Made by a program: the position numbers and the translations under genes
Assembly: GCA_048937405.1 (NCBI GenBank)
Contig: JBHLNF010000001.1
Span: 416,001-480,000, forward strand
Origin: Promethearchaeota archaeon
Lineage (GTDB): Archaea; Asgardarchaeota; Lokiarchaeia; Sigyniarchaeales; SOKP01
Reading direction: 5' to 3'
DNA: 64,000 nucleotides
Notes under the pieces: generated by a model
What the model saw: the letters and a program-made list of their open reading frames with translations, nothing else
Database searches by the model: none
What the model was told of the DNA's origin: nothing
Shown: in pieces, positions 60,270 through 64,000 of the stretch
Layout of the letters: each line of letters opens with the position of its first letter
How positions within the stretch are numbered: the stretch's first letter is position 1

Positions 60270-60563
60270 TATTGGGACTACGATGAAGGATTAATAGCGT
60301 CATCGAGGGCACATATGATGATCTATGATTATGTAGCGCAAGAGTACGCTTACACTTGAGTTGTTTAATCAGAAACATTCCTGAACAAATGGGCTCTTAT
60401 CCTAGCAATGGTATATCCCAATAGCAATGAAGTTAGAGTCAGTACCCAGACAGGATACATGATTATATCCCAAAAAGGCATAAAAATTAAACGCCTAGCA
60501 CGAGAGAACTATTTTGATTTTATGGAAAATCCATTAAATGAGAAGAAAGAGTTAGTGTTTTAG
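60270..60563 (+). pseudogene. probable degraded gene fragment
   Basis: Single frame YWDYDEGLIASSRAHMMIYDYVAQEYAYT*VV*SETFLNKWALILAMVYPN...KKELVF* with two internal stops. Confidence 0.35.
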
Positions 60564-60587
60564 GCAACAATAATATGCTGATTTTAT

Positions 60588-61058
60588 TTAAAGCATACCT
60601 ATAGAATCAGATTTGAATAATTCCTTCATTTCTTTTCCAAGTTCTGCTTGATCTGTATGCAAATATCTTTCTAAGATGGTTTCAAGCATTGGACCCCATT
60701 TTTTCATAGTAGCTCTTATAAATCCAATTTGTGCATTTTTATCCGTAACAATACACAAAACACCATCTCCTACTTTCATTGAAAATATCATTCCTTCAAG
60801 ATATTCTGTTATCTGAAGATCAATAGAACCATAACCTAAAATTTGTCCTTGTTCCTCACCAGCAACGAAAACAGCACCCCCTATTGCACCAATCTTCTCT
60901 ACAGAAATTCCATCATTATCAGAAAATTTGAATTTGGATTGACTTAAGATAGTTATTCCTGTATCATCGGTTAAAAGAGCATACTTTAATCCCGGAGCAC
61001 TATTGATAATGGTAGTTAAGATCTTTTTTAATCTAATCTCGTCTTCGGAATAATTCAA
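60588..61058 (-). CDS. roadblock/LC7 domain protein
   Basis: ALLTDDTGITI..EKIGAIGGAVF..VLCIVT..QIGFIR. Confidence 0.8.
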   Translation of the reverse strand: MNYSEDEIRLKKILTTIINSAPGLKYALLTDDTGITILSQSKFKFSDNDGISVEKIGAIGGAVFVAGEEQGQILGYGSIDLQITEYLEGMIFSMKVGDGVLCIVTDKNAQIGFIRATMKKWGPMLETILERYLHTDQAELGKEMKELFKSDSIGML

Positions 61059-61266
61059 ATATGTGTCAACCCAATATTTAATTCTCTTCTTTATTCAGTT
61101 TCTATAAGATTAAAATATATTTATTTAAACTTATCTTAATATTTTTACCTTAAATCTTCTTTAGATAAAGAAGAAATTTTAGATATAAAAATTTAAGTTA
61201 ACTATTGAATTTTCTACGGAATGTGATAAAAACTAATTTTTTATCTAAGATCATTGAATCTATTTT

Positions 61267-61644
61267 TTAAAATAGTTCCTGCGATTTAAGTAATGTTTTT
61301 AATGGCTTTAAACGACTCTTATTTTCCTTAGACTTTTCTAATAAAATCATTAACTTGTAATTTTTTGCTTTATCTAAATCTCGTTTAATTTTGACAAGTT
61401 GAGAATCTTCGATGAAATTTCGATCCTTGGTAATTGCAGACAAGGCTAATGTATTTTCAAGAAGCCATAACTTTTTCGATATTTTAGAAGCTACCGGAAA
61501 ACCATGCCTATCAGTTATTATTCCAGCAACAAAATTAGGAAAGTTTTTTTCTATTCTGTATAAAAAATACTTAACCTCATTCTCATTTATTAGATTATTC
61601 AATATTACTACACCTAATCCATCAAATTGATCTAATATGATCAA
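61267..61644 (-). CDS. roadblock-like protein
   Basis: AGIITDRHGFPVAS. Confidence 0.55.
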   Translation of the reverse strand: MIILDQFDGLGVVILNNLINENEVKYFLYRIEKNFPNFVAGIITDRHGFPVASKISKKLWLLENTLALSAITKDRNFIEDSQLVKIKRDLDKAKNYKLMILLEKSKENKSRLKPLKTLLKSQELF

Positions 61645-61819
61645 GTTGCCTAATTATCATTAAATGTTATAATATGGAGATAATATCATTATTCAATCAA
61701 AAAAAGCCTGAAGCATAGTAAAATAAGAGATTACATATATGATATGAGGATATTATAGAAATTAACCAATATTTTATGATATGTTATTCTTCATAAAAGT
61801 GATGACTTTTTTCCATGAG

Positions 61820-62773
61820 TTATTTATTTTGGGATTTTTTTAATGATATCCCAAGCTTAAGATTTTCTACAAGTTCACTGAAACGATTGCGAACTGTTAC
61901 TTCAGTTACACAACTGATACAAGCTATTTTTCTTTGAGTTCTTCGTTCTTTGGTTAAAATACATGAAGCATAAATCGCAGCTGCACAGACTCCTGTAGGA
62001 CCTCTCCCCGAAGTTAAACCACGTTCTTCTGCCATTCTAATAATTTGTTTTGCTATTTTTTGACATTTTGGAGGTAATTTTAACTCTGAAGTAAATCTTG
62101 TGAGATAATCTATAGGTCTAGTAGGATTTAATTCAAGTGATAATTCATGAGAAATAAACCTAAAAGAACGACCAATTTCTTTCTTGTCAACACGAGCTAC
62201 TTCAGCTATTTCATTTAAAGTCCGTGGAATTTTGAACATTCTGCAAGCTGCATATAAACTTGCAGCAGCTACACCTTCTATACTTCTACCACGAATCAAA
62301 TGGGCTTCAACAGCATCTCGATATATTTTAGCAGAACATTCTCGTAAATTTTTTTGGAGATCTAAATTGGAGGCCATTCTATCAAGTTCACTTAACGCAA
62401 ATGTGAGATTTCTTTCAGTTGCATCAGATACTCTAATACGACTTTGCCATTTACGCAATCTATAGATCTGTCCTCTTAATTTAGCAGGGATTTCTTTGCC
62501 AAAAATATCTCTATTTTTCCAATCTATCATTGTACTAAGCCCTTTATCGTGTATCATATAAGTCATTGGAGCACCAGTCCTTGTTCTCCTCTTTTTCTGA
62601 TCTGCATCAAATGCTCTCCATTCTGGTCCACAATCGATATGTTTTTCTGAATGAACTAAACCACACTTTTCACAGACTATTAATCCTCTATTTTCATCAA
62701 AAAATATATTTTCTCCGCATTCAGTACAAATATCACTTCCAGAAGATAAGCTTTCTTCTGCTTCTGATTTCAT
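61820..62773 (-). CDS. tfb: transcription initiation factor B
   Basis: CTECG..CEKCG Zn ribbon, [28 protein letters not shown]. Confidence 0.97.
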   Translation of the reverse strand: MKSEAEESLSSGSDICTECGENIFFDENRGLIVCEKCGLVHSEKHIDCGPEWRAFDADQKKRRTRTGAPMTYMIHDKGLSTMIDWKNRDIFGKEIPAKLRGQIYRLRKWQSRIRVSDATERNLTFALSELDRMASNLDLQKNLRECSAKIYRDAVEAHLIRGRSIEGVAAASLYAACRMFKIPRTLNEIAEVARVDKKEIGRSFRFISHELSLELNPTRPIDYLTRFTSELKLPPKCQKIAKQIIRMAEERGLTSGRGPTGVCAAAIYASCILTKERRTQRKIACISCVTEVTVRNRFSELVENLKLGISLKKSQNK

Positions 62774-62847
62774 TTCTTTCCAGTTTGAAATAAAAACACC
62801 TTTTTTTAAGAAATATATTCTTACTTTAAAAATATTTTTTAAGAAAC

Positions 62848-63168
62848 CTAATTTATCTTAGTGAAGAATTCTTCATTTGGGGAGAATGATTGGTTCTGCT
62901 GAATTTTAATCGAGATGAAAGGAAAATCTATTGGACCAAAAATATCTTTTATAAATCCAATTCTTTCATATTTCTCATTATAAACTAAGTTTTTAAAAAT
63001 CTTTTCTAAACTCTTATTCCACTTTTTTGCTCTAAATATTTGATGTTTCTTGGTTGATTGTCCAATGTAGAATAAGTTCAATTTAACCCAGTTTTTTTTC
63101 AATAGATCCCCTTTAGAGTAGATAAAATTTAAAATTAAAATAAATGATGGTAGGTAATATTTAAACAT
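62848..63168 (-). CDS. gar1: H/ACA RNP protein Gar1/Naf1 (true start likely an internal TTG)
   Basis: [20 protein letters not shown]; directly upstream of tfb as in many archaea. Confidence 0.75.
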   Translation of the reverse strand: MFKYYLPSFILILNFIYSKGDLLKKNWVKLNLFYIGQSTKKHQIFRAKKWNKSLEKIFKNLVYNEKYERIGFIKDIFGPIDFPFISIKIQQNQSFSPNEEFFTKIN

Positions 63169-63267
63169 AATGGTTTTTATAAGAATTTCGATAAAATTGA
63201 TTATCAGAAATTTATTAATTTAAAATGATATCAAAATGATCATTAGTTTCAAACAAATATCAACTTT

Positions 63268-64000
63268 TTAACAAAAATCCTTTGTCAAGCTATATTTTTT
63301 CTTACAATCACACTCATATTCTGATTTTTCTAACTCAGATATATTTTGAGTCAAAACAAAATTCTTTAGTGAAGTTTTTGCTGAATTCTCACAACTTCTC
63401 TTCAAACAATTATGGATTCCTCTTTTTGTACCGGCTCCCGATGGATCACATAATAACCGTATGTTATTTGGACTTCCTTCACTAATCGATTTCTTTATAC
63501 ATTTAAATAGGGAATAAAACCATGGTGGACGATATCTATTTTGAAACCACAAATATTCTGTAAGAGTACCTTTTTGAATATTCATTGGATTAATTGAAAT
63601 TGAATTTACACCCAAATTCTTTAATATTTCTATCGAATTGGAACAATCATCAATCGCAGCTTGTTCATTTAAAAACAGTGGTTTAAACAATAAATACACT
63701 TTTACTCCAATATCATAGTCTTTACATCTTTCTAAAGTAGTATTAAAATCTTTAAAGAGAATTCCTTTATTTATATAATTATTCCTTATGTAATCATTTA
63801 TAGTTTCAAGTCCAATAGCTATTTCAAAGTGTTTTTTTCCAAATAACTCCGTTATTTCTTCTAATTTTTCTTTAGTAATATATTCCACACGGGATTCAAT
63901 AACAATCTCCTTAAATTTTTCGACTTTTGAAATTTTTTCATAGATATATAATCTAACTTCTTCAGGTATTTCCTTTTCGTCTAAAAAGCTTCCAGAATTA
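63268..64000 (-). CDS. archaeosine-biosynthesis radical SAM protein RaSEA-like (5' end outside window)
   Basis: SGSFLD, DSRVEYI, IGLET, YLLFKP, YRPPWFYS, KRGIHNC. Confidence 0.8.
   Translation of the reverse strand, partial: NSGSFLDEKEIPEEVRLYIYEKISKVEKFKEIVIESRVEYITKEKLEEITELFGKKHFEIAIGLETINDYIRNNYINKGILFKDFNTTLERCKDYDIGVKVYLLFKPLFLNEQAAIDDCSNSIEILKNLGVNSISINPMNIQKGTLTEYLWFQNRYRPPWFYSLFKCIKKSISEGSPNNIRLLCDPSGAGTKRGIHNCLKRSCENSAKTSLKNFVLTQNISELEKSEYECDCKKKYSLTKDFC

Noticed and set aside
60357-60359. In-frame TGA as selenocysteine
   Set aside because: A TAA follows three codons later and there is no redox-motif context; no convincing Sec codon or SECIS was seen in the window

Overview
AT-rich archaeal chromosomal window, most likely from an Asgard archaeon (Lokiarchaeia/Promethearchaeota). 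This is inferred from eS26, gar1-tfb, roadblock and longin/uDENN-like proteins, an IPGY-TM C-terminal sorting signal, CdhE and a corrinoid protein. About 8.5-36 kb is a redox, oxidative-stress and Fe-S region: Isf, an HTH regulator, a ferredoxin-domain protein, Ni-CODH, NADH:rubredoxin oxidoreductase, rubredoxins, FprA, superoxide reductase, rubrerythrin, a CoA-disulfide reductase-rhodanese fusion and IscS/IscU/TusA. The rest is housekeeping, transport and hypothetical genes. The main finding is that two iron-protein genes, a [4Fe-4S] ferredoxin-domain protein (minus strand, 11018..10204) and a rubredoxin (16889..17058), are each broken by a 29-nt frameshifting, stop-containing insert. Each insert folds with its flanks into a bulge-helix-bulge/loop motif with the same predicted cut sites (AG^U ... 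AA^R). Cutting at the canonical tRNA-splicing-endonuclease positions restores the family consensus (C-A-E-G-A-L and CPVC-G-V-G-K-D-M-F). These are candidate tRNA-type (EndA/RtcB) pre-mRNA introns in Asgard protein-coding genes. Other findings are a shared 15-bp palindromic operator, recurrent ATT/ATC start codons, a TFB/cyclin-repeat plus PD-(D/E)XK nuclease fusion, and an IscU fused to a degenerate TrxB domain. No rRNA, tRNA, CRISPR array or transposase was recognised.
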